Source: an uncultured Gammaproteobacteria bacterium
Lineage (GTDB): Bacteria; Patescibacteriota; Patescibacteriia; 2-12-FULL-57-11
Direction: 5' to 3'
DNA: 64,000 nucleotides
NCBI GenBank assembly: GCA_964648865.1
Contig: CAZYLV010000002.1
Coordinates: 79,272 to 143,271 of the forward strand
Shown here: in pieces, positions 8,029-17,247 of the stretch
Layout of the letters: every line of letters starts with the position of its first letter
How positions within the stretch are numbered: position 1 is the first letter of the stretch
Translations under genes and position numbers: made by a program
The notes under the pieces: generated by a model
Told to the model about the DNA's origin: nothing
Seen by the model: the letters and a program-made list of their open reading frames with translations, nothing else
Databases searched by the model: none

Positions 8029-9409
8029 ATTGCCCCTTGGCGCGGACGATGATGTTGAGCGTCCGCAGCAGGATGAAGAGGTCGAGCGGCACGCCTCGAT
8101 GCTTGACGTAGTAGAGGTCGTACTGGAGCTTCTTGAGGTTCTGCGCGATGGTGTTGGCGTAGGGGAACTCGATCTGCGCCCAGCCGGTGAGCCCGGGCCG
8201 CACCAGGTGGCGCATGGCGTAGAACGGCATCTCGCGCTCCAGCTCGGCCACGAACTCCGGCCGCTCCGGCCGCGGGCCGACGAAGCTCATCTCGCCCTTG
8301 AACACGTTCCAAAGCTGCGGCAGCTCGTCCACCCGCGTGGCCCGCAGCAGACGCCCGAGCGGGGTGACGCGCGGGTCGCCCTTCTCGGCGAAGCGCGCGC
8401 CGTCCTTCTCGGCATCGCGCACCATGGTGCGGAGTTTCCACATGCGGAACCCCTTGCCGCCACGGCCCACCCGGACCTGCGAGAAGAAGACCGGCCGTCC
8501 CTGCGTCAGGAGCATCGCCAGCAGCACGATCGGGAGCAGGACGACGCAGAGCGCCAGGCCGACGAGGGCCAAACCGACGTCAAGCGCGCGCTTGAAGAGG
8601 TCTCCGGCGTGCTTCTCGGCCTCGCGCAGGTTCTCCAGGAACCAGGCATGCGTGATGGCGGCCACCGGGACGCGGCGCGTGATGGTCTCGGAAAAGGACA
8701 CGGCGTCGACGAAGCGCACGCCCAAGAAGACGCTCTCGTAGAGCTGGCGGGCGAGCTCCGGCGACTGCCGCGGCGAGGCGCCGAGCACGACCGTGTCGGC
8801 GCGGCTCTCGCGCACGCGGCGCGCGAAGTCGGCGAACCCGCGCACCGTGAGCGGCGGCGGGTCTTCCGGCAACCAGGTGCCGCCTTCCGGCAGGATGATG
8901 CCGGCCACGTCGTAGCCGAGCGCGGGATTCGCGCGCAGTGCGGGCAGCAGCTCGCGCACCTCGTCGCTGTCGCCGACGAAGAGCACGCGCTGGCGCAGCA
9001 GCACGCCGCCGAACAGCGCGTTATAGGCCGCGCGCCAGGACGGGAAGAGCAGGGCGAAGGTCGCCAAGTGCAGGAGGAGCGTCGTCTTGGGGGCGATGCC
9101 CACGAACGGCGTGAGGTAGAAGAAGCCGATGGCCAAGAGCGCGGCCACGGCCAACGACGCGAAGAACGTGCCGAAGAACCGCAGCGTGTTGCGCGCCGCG
9201 CGCAGGTCGTACAGGCCGTTGGCAGCGAAGGTCAGCAGCCACAGCGCGAAGACCGCGGAATAGGGGATGACGTGCTCCCCGAAGTCGGGCCGCACCCCCG
9301 CGGCCCCGAGGCCGCGCAGGGACACGGCGATCCAGAGCGACGCGTACAGGACAAGCGCGTCGCCCCCCAGGAGAATGGCCCGTTTCAGCTTGACGGCGCG
9401 CGTTTCCAC
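8027..9409 (-). CDS. Polyprenyl glycosylphosphotransferase (WbaP/CpsE-type bacterial sugar transferase) that initiates glycan assembly on undecaprenyl phosphate
   Basis: N-terminal TM segments, then the C-terminal signature FRMWKLRTM...GPRPERPEFV of the bacterial sugar transferase family. The likely start is the GTG at 9409 (METRAVK). The remainder of the 742-aa ORF is antisense to the TPR gene. Confidence 0.75.
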   Translation of the reverse strand: METRAVKLKRAILLGGDALVLYASLWIAVSLRGLGAAGVRPDFGEHVIPYSAVFALWLLTFAANGLYDLRAARNTLRFFGTFFASLAVAALLAIGFFYLTPFVGIAPKTTLLLHLATFALLFPSWRAAYNALFGGVLLRQRVLFVGDSDEVRELLPALRANPALGYDVAGIILPEGGTWLPEDPPPLTVRGFADFARRVRESRADTVVLGASPRQSPELARQLYESVFLGVRFVDAVSFSETITRRVPVAAITHAWFLENLREAEKHAGDLFKRALDVGLALVGLALCVVLLPIVLLAMLLTQGRPVFFSQVRVGRGGKGFRMWKLRTMVRDAEKDGARFAEKGDPRVTPLGRLLRATRVDELPQLWNVFKGEMSFVGPRPERPEFVAELEREMPFYAMRHLVRPGLTGWAQIEFPYANTIAQNLKKLQYDLYYVKHRGVPLDLFILLRTLNIIVRAKGQ

Positions 9410-9469
9410 ATGGTCCAATACATGCCGATTGGGCCGAACGTACCACAGGAAACCGCCCGCTTCAAGCCT

Positions 9470-10180
9470 ATGCGGAACCGTCTTTTGGTCAGTCTCCTCG
9501 TCGCCTTCGGCATCGTCGTCATCGCCGGCGCCGGCTGGGCCTTCGTGGGCCGCGGCTGGTGGGACGAGCGGCAGCTCTCCGCGGAGATCGCGGCGCTCAA
9601 GGCGGACCCGCGCACCGCCGAGTCCGCCGAGCGGCTCGAGAAGAACATGCAGCGCGTCGCCGAGGATCCGGCGGACGTCGAGGCGCTCATCGGCCTGGGC
9701 AACTCCTGGAAGCAGGTCTTCGACATGACCGGTGAGGACACGCACGTCGTCCGTGCCATCGCCGCCTATGAGCGCGCCGTCGACGCGAGCCAGGGCAAGA
9801 ACACGGTGGTGCTCTCCAACCTTGCCACGGCCTATCGTCTGGCCAAGCGGCCCCAGCAGGCCGAGAACGTGCTGCGCGAGGCCATCGCCGCCAACGCCGG
9901 CGACCCCACGCTCTATATCCAGCTCGTGGAGGTGCTGCGCATCGACCTCAAGCGCGGGAGCGAGGAGATCATCGACGTCTATCGCCTCGGCCTCGACCAG
10001 CTCGTGGACAACGCGCCGCTCGTGCAATCGCTGGCCATCTACCTGGAGGACATCGGCCGGCTGCGCGACGCGCTCACCTACTACAAGCTGCTCGCGCCGA
10101 CGTATCCGACCATCGCCGAGAAGGTCGCGGAATTGGAGCGCCGCATCGCGCAGGAGGAGTCCGAATCCGCCGCCCCATGA
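9470..10180 (+). CDS. Membrane-anchored TPR-like repeat protein
   Basis: One N-terminal TM helix, followed by helical repeats rich in A, L and Y (AYERA, ATAYRLA). It is divergent from the WbaP-like gene. Confidence 0.55.
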   Translation: MRNRLLVSLLVAFGIVVIAGAGWAFVGRGWWDERQLSAEIAALKADPRTAESAERLEKNMQRVAEDPADVEALIGLGNSWKQVFDMTGEDTHVVRAIAAYERAVDASQGKNTVVLSNLATAYRLAKRPQQAENVLREAIAANAGDPTLYIQLVEVLRIDLKRGSEEIIDVYRLGLDQLVDNAPLVQSLAIYLEDIGRLRDALTYYKLLAPTYPTIAEKVAELERRIAQEESESAAP

Positions 10181-12414
10181 ACCGCATCGCCCTCCGTGCG
10201 GGGAGCGTCGCCGTCGCGGCCGCGTGCCTGACGGGCCTGATGCGGCTCCCCGCATCCGCCGCCGCCCCGACTGCGGCCTTCGCCGTGCAGTTCTCCGGGC
10301 TCGAAGCGCCGGTCCGCTTGTCGGTGCCGGCCGCCGCCGCCGCGGAGACGCTCGCCGCGCTCCAGGCCGACCCGCGTGTCCGCATCGCCGAGCCGATGGC
10401 CTCCTACCGCGTCTCGGCCTTGGCCGCGAACGACGCGCATTTCGACGAGCAGTGGTATCTGCGCAAGGTCACTGCGCCGGACGCCTGGGACCGTTCGGTG
10501 GGCAGCGCCGACGTGGTCGTCGCCATCCTCGACACCGGCGTCGACGTCAGCCATCCGGACTTGCGTGACAACATCTGGCAGAACCCGCGGGAGATCGAGG
10601 ACGGGCGCGACAACGACGGCAACGGCCTGGTCGACGACCTCCACGGATGGAATTTCTACGACGGCAACGCCGAAGTCGCGCCCGTGTTCGAGTCCTTCAC
10701 CGCCACGGGCATCAACCACGGCACGCTCATCGCCGGGGAGATCGGCGCCATCGGCGGCAACGGGCAAGGCATCGCGGGGGTCAACTGGCGCGTCTCGCTG
10801 ATGCCCATCCGGGTGCTTTCCAGCTCCGGCATCGGCGACATCGTCCATGTGGTCGACGGCATAAACTACGCCATCCGCAACGGCGCCGACGTCATCTCGT
10901 TGAGCTTTTCCGGCCTCAACCGCAGCGCCATCCTCGACGACGCCATCCGCCGCGCAAACGAGGCCGGCATCCTGGTGGTCGCCGCCGCCGGCAACGACGG
11001 CAACGGCAACGGCGGCACGGACCTCGACCGGACGCCGCTCTACCCGGCCTGCTCCGACGGACCCAACGGCGAGAACTGGGTGCTGGGCGTGGCCGCCACC
11101 GACGAGGAGGACCGCAAGGCGCAGTTCTCCGATTTCGGCCGGCGCTGCGTGGACATCTCGGCTCCGGGCGTGCGCATCTTCAGCACGCTGGTGGCGCGCG
11201 CCGACCAGCCCGGCTTCGGCCAAGCGTACGGCGGCTACTACAGCGGCACCTCGCTGGCCGCGCCGCTCGTGGCCGGCGCCGCGGCGCTCCTCAAGTCCTA
11301 CAGCCCGGGGCTGACCCTGCCTGCGCTGCGTGACCTGCTGCTCGCCAGCGCCGACGGCATCGACCCCGCCAACCCCGCCTACGCCGGCAAGCTCGGCCGC
11401 GGCCGGCTCAACATCGCGCGCGCCCTCACCTTGGCGCCGACCTCCATCGCGCCGCAGCCTCCGGGAGCGCCCGTCGCGCCCCCCGCGCCGGCCACCGGGC
11501 AGGGCCTGCAGGCGGTCGTCACGGCGAGCGGTCCGGGCACGGCGTCGAGCGTGGCCTTCCGCGGCATCGACGGCGTGACCTTGGCGTCGTTCGCCCCCTA
11601 CGCCGCCGGTTTCCGGGGCGGCGTCCTGGCCCAGGCGGGCGACGTCGACGGCGACGGCAACTTCGAGATCGTCACCGTCCCGGGCCCCTCCGGCGGCCCG
11701 CACGTGCGCGTCTTCACCTTGGGCGGCACGCTCAAGTCCGAGTTCTTCGCCTACGAGTCCGCCTTCCGCGGCGGCTTGTCGCTGGCGGTGGAGGACGTCG
11801 ACGGCGACGGCATCAGCGACATCGTCGTCAGCCCGCTCGCCGGACGGGCGCCGGAGGTGCGCGTCTTCGATGCGGGCGGGGCGCGCAAGGCCTCCTTCCT
11901 GGCGTACGCCTCGGGTTTCCGCGGCGGGGTGCGCGTCGCCGCGGGCGACGTCGACGGCGACGGCGACGCGGAGATCGTCACCGTGCCGGCCTCGGGCGGC
12001 GGGCCGCATGTGCGCCTCTGGCAGGGCGACGGTGGCGTCTTCTCCGGCTACTTCGCGGAGGATCCCGGCCTGCGCTCCGGCTATCTCGTGGCCATGGGCG
12101 ACGTCAACGGCGACGGCCGCGCCGACATCGGCGTGCTCGATGCGGTCAACGGGTCGCGCATCCGCTTCCGCTCGGCCTACGGCGTGCTGGTGGGGGAGAT
12201 CGAGATCGAAGGCATCGGCAAAGGCTTCACCTACGCGCTCGCCGACGTCAACGGCGACGGCCGCGCGGACCTCATGCTCGGCGTCCAGCCGACGGGCCGC
12301 CTGATCCTCCGGAGCTACGACGTGGTCGGCAAGCTGTTGCGCGAGGCGACCATCGGTGCCGGCACGGCGACGAGCGAAGTGCGCGTGGCGCCGGTCACCG
12401 GCTTCGTGCTCTGA
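10177..12414 (+). CDS. Secreted subtilisin-like (S8) serine protease with C-terminal FG-GAP/VCBS beta-propeller repeats
   Basis: A signal peptide and the Asp, His and Ser catalytic motifs (AILDTGVD, HGTLIAGEI, GTSLAAPLVAGAAAL), followed by at least six GDVDGDG...EIVT repeats. Confidence 0.85.
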   Translation: MNRIALRAGSVAVAAACLTGLMRLPASAAAPTAAFAVQFSGLEAPVRLSVPAAAAAETLAALQADPRVRIAEPMASYRVSALAANDAHFDEQWYLRKVTAPDAWDRSVGSADVVVAILDTGVDVSHPDLRDNIWQNPREIEDGRDNDGNGLVDDLHGWNFYDGNAEVAPVFESFTATGINHGTLIAGEIGAIGGNGQGIAGVNWRVSLMPIRVLSSSGIGDIVHVVDGINYAIRNGADVISLSFSGLNRSAILDDAIRRANEAGILVVAAAGNDGNGNGGTDLDRTPLYPACSDGPNGENWVLGVAATDEEDRKAQFSDFGRRCVDISAPGVRIFSTLVARADQPGFGQAYGGYYSGTSLAAPLVAGAAALLKSYSPGLTLPALRDLLLASADGIDPANPAYAGKLGRGRLNIARALTLAPTSIAPQPPGAPVAPPAPATGQGLQAVVTASGPGTASSVAFRGIDGVTLASFAPYAAGFRGGVLAQAGDVDGDGNFEIVTVPGPSGGPHVRVFTLGGTLKSEFFAYESAFRGGLSLAVEDVDGDGISDIVVSPLAGRAPEVRVFDAGGARKASFLAYASGFRGGVRVAAGDVDGDGDAEIVTVPASGGGPHVRLWQGDGGVFSGYFAEDPGLRSGYLVAMGDVNGDGRADIGVLDAVNGSRIRFRSAYGVLVGEIEIEGIGKGFTYALADVNGDGRADLMLGVQPTGRLILRSYDVVGKLLREATIGAGTATSEVRVAPVTGFVL

Positions 12415-12418
12415 GCGT

Positions 12419-12853
12419 ATGCGGGCGCTGTTCTGGCAGACCGTCCGCTACGGGCTGGTCGGCGCCTCATCGACGGCGGTCGATTGGCTGATCTACTACG
12501 GCCTGACGCGGTCCGTGCCGCAGCTGCGCGAGTGGTACCTGGCGGCCAACGTCTGCTCCTTCTCCCTTGCCGTGATCTGGGGGTACCTCATGCATCGGCG
12601 TTTCACCTTCCGTGCCGGCGGCGCCCACCGCCATCAGTTCCCCAAGTTCCTTACGGTCACGCTCATCGGGTTGGGCATCAACAGCGCGACGCTGCACGTC
12701 GGCGTCGCGGTCCTCGGCCTCTACGACCTCACGGCCAAGGTCGCGGCCGTCGGCGTGACCGCCGTCTGGAACTACCTCGGCCAGCGTTTTTGGACGTTCC
12801 GCTTGTCCGCACCCCCCGGCGGCCCGTATACTGGGCCTGCCGACACGCCGTAG
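12419..12853 (+). CDS. GtrA-family membrane protein (flippase-associated subunit for polyprenyl-phosphate sugars)
   Basis: Small four-TM protein with the GtrA-like motifs (VRYGLVGASSTAVDWLIYY, WNYLGQRFWTF). Confidence 0.7.
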   Translation: MRALFWQTVRYGLVGASSTAVDWLIYYGLTRSVPQLREWYLAANVCSFSLAVIWGYLMHRRFTFRAGGAHRHQFPKFLTVTLIGLGINSATLHVGVAVLGLYDLTAKVAAVGVTAVWNYLGQRFWTFRLSAPPGGPYTGPADTP

Positions 12854-12857
12854 ACCT

Positions 12858-13877
12858 ATGCCTGTCACGCCCATATTCGAGAAGAAGAACGTGCTCGTCA
12901 CCGGAGGCGCAGGCTTCATCGGTTCGCACCTCTGCGAGAAGCTGCTCAAGGACGCCAAGGTCATCTGCCTGGACAGCTTCATCAACTCCGACGAGCGCAA
13001 CATCGACCACCTCCTCCAGAACCCCAACTTCGAGTTCATCCGCTGGAACGTCAACGAACCGCTCGACCTGGAGCAGTTCCCGGAGCTCGAGAAGTTCAAG
13101 GTGCGCTTCCAGGGCATCCAGGAGATCTACCATCTCGCCTGCCCCACGAGCATCAAGAATTTCGACCAGTTCCGGATGGACACGCTGCTCACCAACTGCG
13201 TGGGCATGCGCAACGCGCTCGACCTTGCGGTCAAGTACAAGGCCAAGTTCCTGTACGCCTCGAGCTCCGTGGTCTACGGACCGCGGCGGCCGGACGGCCT
13301 GCCCTTCCGGGAGGACGACATCGGCGCGGTCAACCACATGACGCCGCGCGGCTGCTACGACGAGGGCAAGCGCTTCGGCGAGACCATGGTCCAGACCTAC
13401 GCCGAGGTCTACGGGATGGACGCCAAGATCGCGCGCATCTTCCGGACCTACGGTCCGCGCCAGCGCCTCTTCGACGGCGAGCTGTTCTCGGACTTCATCG
13501 TCAACGCCATCGACGGCAAGGAGCTGACCATCTACGGCGACGAGACCTTCACGACCTCTCTGACCTACGTGGATGACGTCGTCGACGGCATCCTCAAGCT
13601 GATGAAGGCGCCGGCGACCATCGGGCCGGTCAACTTGGGCACGGACCACGACGTGCGCATCGTCGACGTGGCCAAGCTCATCTTGACGCTGACCCAATCC
13701 GGCTCCAAGGTCGTCTTCGAACCGGCCCTCATGTTCCTGACCCCGCTCGGTCTGCCCGACATCGGCAAGGCCAAGGAGCGCCTCGGCTGGTTGCCCTTGG
13801 TGCGGCTGGAGGACGGCATCAAGAAGGCCATCGACTACACGCAGGCCCATCGCTCGCTCATCTCCTTCGGCACATGA
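12858..13877 (+). CDS. UDP-glucuronate decarboxylase / UDP-xylose synthase-like SDR (NAD-dependent epimerase/dehydratase)
   Basis: VLVTGGAGFIGSHL, and the YHLACPTS...TN region resembles the UXS/ArnA decarboxylase core. Confidence 0.65.
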   Translation: MPVTPIFEKKNVLVTGGAGFIGSHLCEKLLKDAKVICLDSFINSDERNIDHLLQNPNFEFIRWNVNEPLDLEQFPELEKFKVRFQGIQEIYHLACPTSIKNFDQFRMDTLLTNCVGMRNALDLAVKYKAKFLYASSSVVYGPRRPDGLPFREDDIGAVNHMTPRGCYDEGKRFGETMVQTYAEVYGMDAKIARIFRTYGPRQRLFDGELFSDFIVNAIDGKELTIYGDETFTTSLTYVDDVVDGILKLMKAPATIGPVNLGTDHDVRIVDVAKLILTLTQSGSKVVFEPALMFLTPLGLPDIGKAKERLGWLPLVRLEDGIKKAIDYTQAHRSLISFGT

Positions 13878-14560
13878 AGACCGTCGCGGTCGTCCCGGCA
13901 TGGAACGAGGCGCAGGCCATCGGGGAGGTCCTCGATGGCCTTTTGCCGCGCGTCGACGCCATCGTCGTGGTCGATGACGGTTCGAGCGACCGCACGGGCG
14001 ACGTGGCCGCAGCCCGCCTGCGCGCCCATCGGCTGCGCGGCGGGGTGGTGCGCCATGTGCTGAACCGCGGTTTGGGCGCGGCGCTGGCTACCGGGATGCG
14101 CGCGGCGCTCGACGACGGCGCCGACGCCATCCTCACCTTCGACGCCGACGGCCAGCATCAGAGCGATGACGTGCCGGCCGTGCTCGCGCCCATCAAGGAG
14201 GGGAGCGCGGACGTGGTCATCGGCAGTCGCCTGCTCAATCCCCAGGGCATGCCGCTCGTGCGGCGCATCGCCAACCGCATCGGCAACGCCGTCACGGCCC
14301 TGCTCTTCGGCGCGCGCGTCACGGACTCGCAGTCCGGGCTGCGCGCCTTCTCGCGCCACGCCGCCGAGCGCATCGAAATCCGCACCGATCGGATGGAAGT
14401 CTCCTCTGAGATCGTGGCTGAGATCTTCCGCCACAAGCTGCGTCTCACCGAAGTGCCCATCAAGAGCGTCTACAGCCGCTACTCGATGTCCAAGGGCCAG
14501 GGCTTCTTGATGGGGCTGAAGACGTTGGGGCGGCTGATTATTCGGAGGGCGTTGCGATGA
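13874..14560 (+). CDS. GT2 polyprenyl-phosphate glycosyltransferase (GtrB/dolichol-phosphate-mannose-synthase-like)
   Basis: VVDDGSSD and DADGQH (DxD) motifs. The gene order GtrA, GT2, DUF2304 matches this family's usual context. Confidence 0.8.
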   Translation: MKTVAVVPAWNEAQAIGEVLDGLLPRVDAIVVVDDGSSDRTGDVAAARLRAHRLRGGVVRHVLNRGLGAALATGMRAALDDGADAILTFDADGQHQSDDVPAVLAPIKEGSADVVIGSRLLNPQGMPLVRRIANRIGNAVTALLFGARVTDSQSGLRAFSRHAAERIEIRTDRMEVSSEIVAEIFRHKLRLTEVPIKSVYSRYSMSKGQGFLMGLKTLGRLIIRRALR

Positions 14561-14901
14561 ACCTCTTCCTCCTCAAATACCTCGTCCCGCTCGTCGGCCT
14601 CATCGCCGTGCTCTTTGCCGTGCGGCGCTGGCGCAAGCGGGAGCTGCCGACGGGCCTGCTCGTCGCCTGGACGCTCTTGTGGGTCGCGCTCTCGCTCGTC
14701 GTGCAGCTGCCGCAGCAGACGGACGTGCTGGCTCGCATCCTCGGGGTCGGCCGCGGCGTGGACGTGCTGCTCTTTGCCTCCGTGGTGGCGCTGGTCCTCC
14801 TGCTGTTCCGTGTCTATCTGCGCATCGAGCGGATGGAACGCGAGATCACGACCGTGGTGCGCGAGCTGGCGCTGTTGCGTGCGGAGCAGGACAAGAAATG
14901 A
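14557..14901 (+). CDS. DUF2304-like small membrane protein, typical partner of GtrB-type GT2 enzymes
   Basis: ~114 aa with three TM helices and a charged C-terminal helix. Its start overlaps the upstream gene (ATGA). Confidence 0.6.
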   Translation: MNLFLLKYLVPLVGLIAVLFAVRRWRKRELPTGLLVAWTLLWVALSLVVQLPQQTDVLARILGVGRGVDVLLFASVVALVLLLFRVYLRIERMEREITTVVRELALLRAEQDKK

Positions 14902-14943
14902 CCTTTGGGATTCCTCGCTCCCGCTCGGAATGACAAATCCCGC

Positions 14944-16035
14944 ATGACGCCCAAGGTCGCCATCATCACCGTCTCCTACGGGCACGCCAAGTTCATGCCC
15001 GCGTTGTTCGTCTCGCTCGACCGGCTGACGTATCCCAGGGAGGCGCTCAAGATCTGGCTCCTCGACAACCAGTCGCCGGACGAAACCTACGAGGTGGTGC
15101 GCGGCTTCCTGGACGAGACCGGCACCAAGACCAAGGCCGGCATCCCGTGCGCGCTCATCAAGAGCCCCACCAACCGCGGCTTCGCCGGCGGCAACAACGA
15201 TTGCATGAAGCTGGCCCTGGCCGAGGGCTACGAATGCATCTTCCTCCTGAATCCGGACACCGAGATCGCTCCGGACGCGTTGCAGCCCCTCGTCGCCGCG
15301 CTTGAGCCGTCCGGCGTCGGCGCCGTGCAGCCGCTGCTCCTCCTCGCCCAAGACCGCACGCGCATCAACTCCGCGGGCAACGCCATCCACTACCTGGGCA
15401 TGAGCTGGTGCGACGGCTACCGCCAGACGCTCGACGATCCGGCGGCCAAACCGCTCCTCCAGCCGCGCGAGGTGGTCTCGCTCTCCGGCGCCGGGATGAT
15501 GCTGCGCGCCGCCGCGCTCAAGGAGGTCGGCCTCTTCGACGAGCTGCTCTTCGCCTACCACGAGGACGTCGAGCTCTCCTGGCGGCTGCGGCTCGCCGAT
15601 TGGTCGCTGCGTCTCGTGCCGGAGTCGCGCGTCTGGCACGCCTACGAGTTCAGCCGCAGCATCAAGAAGTACTACTGGATGGAGCGCAACCGATTCCTGG
15701 TGCTGCTGATGTGCTACCAGCTGCCGACGCTCATCCTCATCGCGCCGATGCTCCTGGCGCTCGAAATCGGCATGCTGTCCTTCGCCTTCCTGCGCGGGTG
15801 GGGGAGGGAGAAGCTGCGCGTCTACGGGTATTTTCTCAAGCCGTCGTCGTGGCGCGCGTTCCTTCCCGGATGGCGCCGCAACCGCCACCTGCGCAAGACC
15901 ACGGATCGCGCCATCACCGCCGGGTTCTCGACGCGCGTGCTGTATCAGGAAGTCGATTCTCCGGCGTTGCGCTACGTCGCCAATCCGCTGATGACGCTGT
16001 ATTGGCGCCTCTGCCGCCTGCTGTTGTGGTGGTGA
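14944..16035 (+). CDS. Glycosyltransferase family 2 (rhamnosyl/galactofuranosyl-transferase-like, WbbL-type)
   Basis: VAIITVSYG, an NPDTEI-type DxD region, and a C-terminal membrane-association segment. Confidence 0.7.
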   Translation: MTPKVAIITVSYGHAKFMPALFVSLDRLTYPREALKIWLLDNQSPDETYEVVRGFLDETGTKTKAGIPCALIKSPTNRGFAGGNNDCMKLALAEGYECIFLLNPDTEIAPDALQPLVAALEPSGVGAVQPLLLLAQDRTRINSAGNAIHYLGMSWCDGYRQTLDDPAAKPLLQPREVVSLSGAGMMLRAAALKEVGLFDELLFAYHEDVELSWRLRLADWSLRLVPESRVWHAYEFSRSIKKYYWMERNRFLVLLMCYQLPTLILIAPMLLALEIGMLSFAFLRGWGREKLRVYGYFLKPSSWRAFLPGWRRNRHLRKTTDRAITAGFSTRVLYQEVDSPALRYVANPLMTLYWRLCRLLLWW

Positions 16036-16083
16036 GCCGGAGCATTGCCACGGTCACCCTTTTCCCGTAGGGTGCGGCCTGTT

Positions 16084-17247
16084 ATGCGCATCGCCATCGC
16101 CGTCTCCACGTTCCCGCCGTATCGCGGGGGGATGGGCAATCTCGCCGCCACGCATGCGGCGCTCTTGGCTGCGGCAGGCCACACGGTGGAGGTGCTGACG
16201 GCGGTGGCCGGCCCGTCGCGCGTCGAGGAGCGCGACGGCTATACGGTGCGCTATCTCCGCGCGCCCGTGACCATGGGCAACGCGGCGTTCACGCCCCAGC
16301 TCTTCCAGGCGGTGCGCGGCGCGGACCTGGTGTTCCTGCACTATCCGTTCATCGGCGGGGCCGAGGCCGTGGCCCTGGCGCGGCGCACCCGGCAGTGGGG
16401 CGGGCGGTTGGCCGTCTATTACCACATGGACCTGGTGGGGCAGCCGCCGCGCGACGCGCTCTTCAGCGTCTACACGCAGCTGCTCATGCCCTGGATCGTG
16501 AAGAGCGCCGACCGCTTGGCCGTCTCCAGCTTCGACTACGCCATGACCGGCCAGCTCGCGGCGCTCTGGGGCCGCACCCCGGCCGACCATCTCGCCGAGC
16601 TGCCGCTCGCCGTGGACACGCAGGTCTTCTCGCCCGGACCGGCATCCGCGGCGCTGCGCGAACGCTTCCATCTGGCGCCCGACCTGCCGATCGTGCTCTT
16701 CGTCGGCGGCCTGGACGCCGCGCATTACTTCAAGGGGCTGGAGGTGCTGCTGCGCGCCGTGGCGCACAACGCCCGCAGCGGCGCACCATGCCAGCTCCTT
16801 GTCGTCGGCGACGGCGACCTGCGCCAGCGCTACGAGGCCATGGCGCACACCCTCGGCATCGTCGAGCAGGTGCGCTTCGCCGGTAACGCGCTGCGCGAGG
16901 AACTCCCCGATTTCTACCGTCTGGCCGACGTCTTCGTGCTGCCCTCCGTGGGACGCTCCGAGGCCTTCGGCATGGTGCTGCTCGAGGCCATGGCCTCCGG
17001 GACGCCCGTCGTGGCCTCACGGCTGCCGGGCGTGCGTACCGCCGTCGAGGACGGACGCACCGGACTGCTCGTCGAGCCGGCCAACGTCCAGGAACTGTCG
17101 TTGGCGCTCGCCCGGTTGCTTGCCGACCCTGAGGAGCGTTCCCGCATGGGTGAGGCCGGGCGCGCGCGCGTCGAGCGGCAGTATGCGCTGCCGGTGCTCG
17201 CGGAGGGGCTCACGCGCCTCGTCCATGACTTGACCTTCGGCGCATGA
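16084..17247 (+). CDS. Glycosyltransferase family 4 (GT-B, group 1)
   Basis: The C-terminal EAFGMVLLEAMASGTPVV matches the E-x7-E GT4 motif. Confidence 0.8.
   Translation: MRIAIAVSTFPPYRGGMGNLAATHAALLAAAGHTVEVLTAVAGPSRVEERDGYTVRYLRAPVTMGNAAFTPQLFQAVRGADLVFLHYPFIGGAEAVALARRTRQWGGRLAVYYHMDLVGQPPRDALFSVYTQLLMPWIVKSADRLAVSSFDYAMTGQLAALWGRTPADHLAELPLAVDTQVFSPGPASAALRERFHLAPDLPIVLFVGGLDAAHYFKGLEVLLRAVAHNARSGAPCQLLVVGDGDLRQRYEAMAHTLGIVEQVRFAGNALREELPDFYRLADVFVLPSVGRSEAFGMVLLEAMASGTPVVASRLPGVRTAVEDGRTGLLVEPANVQELSLALARLLADPEERSRMGEAGRARVERQYALPVLAEGLTRLVHDLTFGA

Noticed and set aside
6027-8441. An 804-aa minus-strand ORF
   Set aside because: It is antisense to the epimerase and Nudix genes, and it is low-complexity and Arg-rich.
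10081-12009. A 642-aa minus-strand ORF
   Set aside because: It is antisense to the subtilisin gene, whose catalytic triad motifs lie on the plus strand.
11500-12300. A periodic nucleotide repeat (GACGTCGACGGCGACGGC and similar) that could be mistaken for a CRISPR or tandem repeat array
   Set aside because: It lies inside the subtilisin coding sequence and encodes the GDVDGDG FG-GAP blades. The units are in frame, of variable sequence, and have no unique spacers. There is no cas gene in the window.
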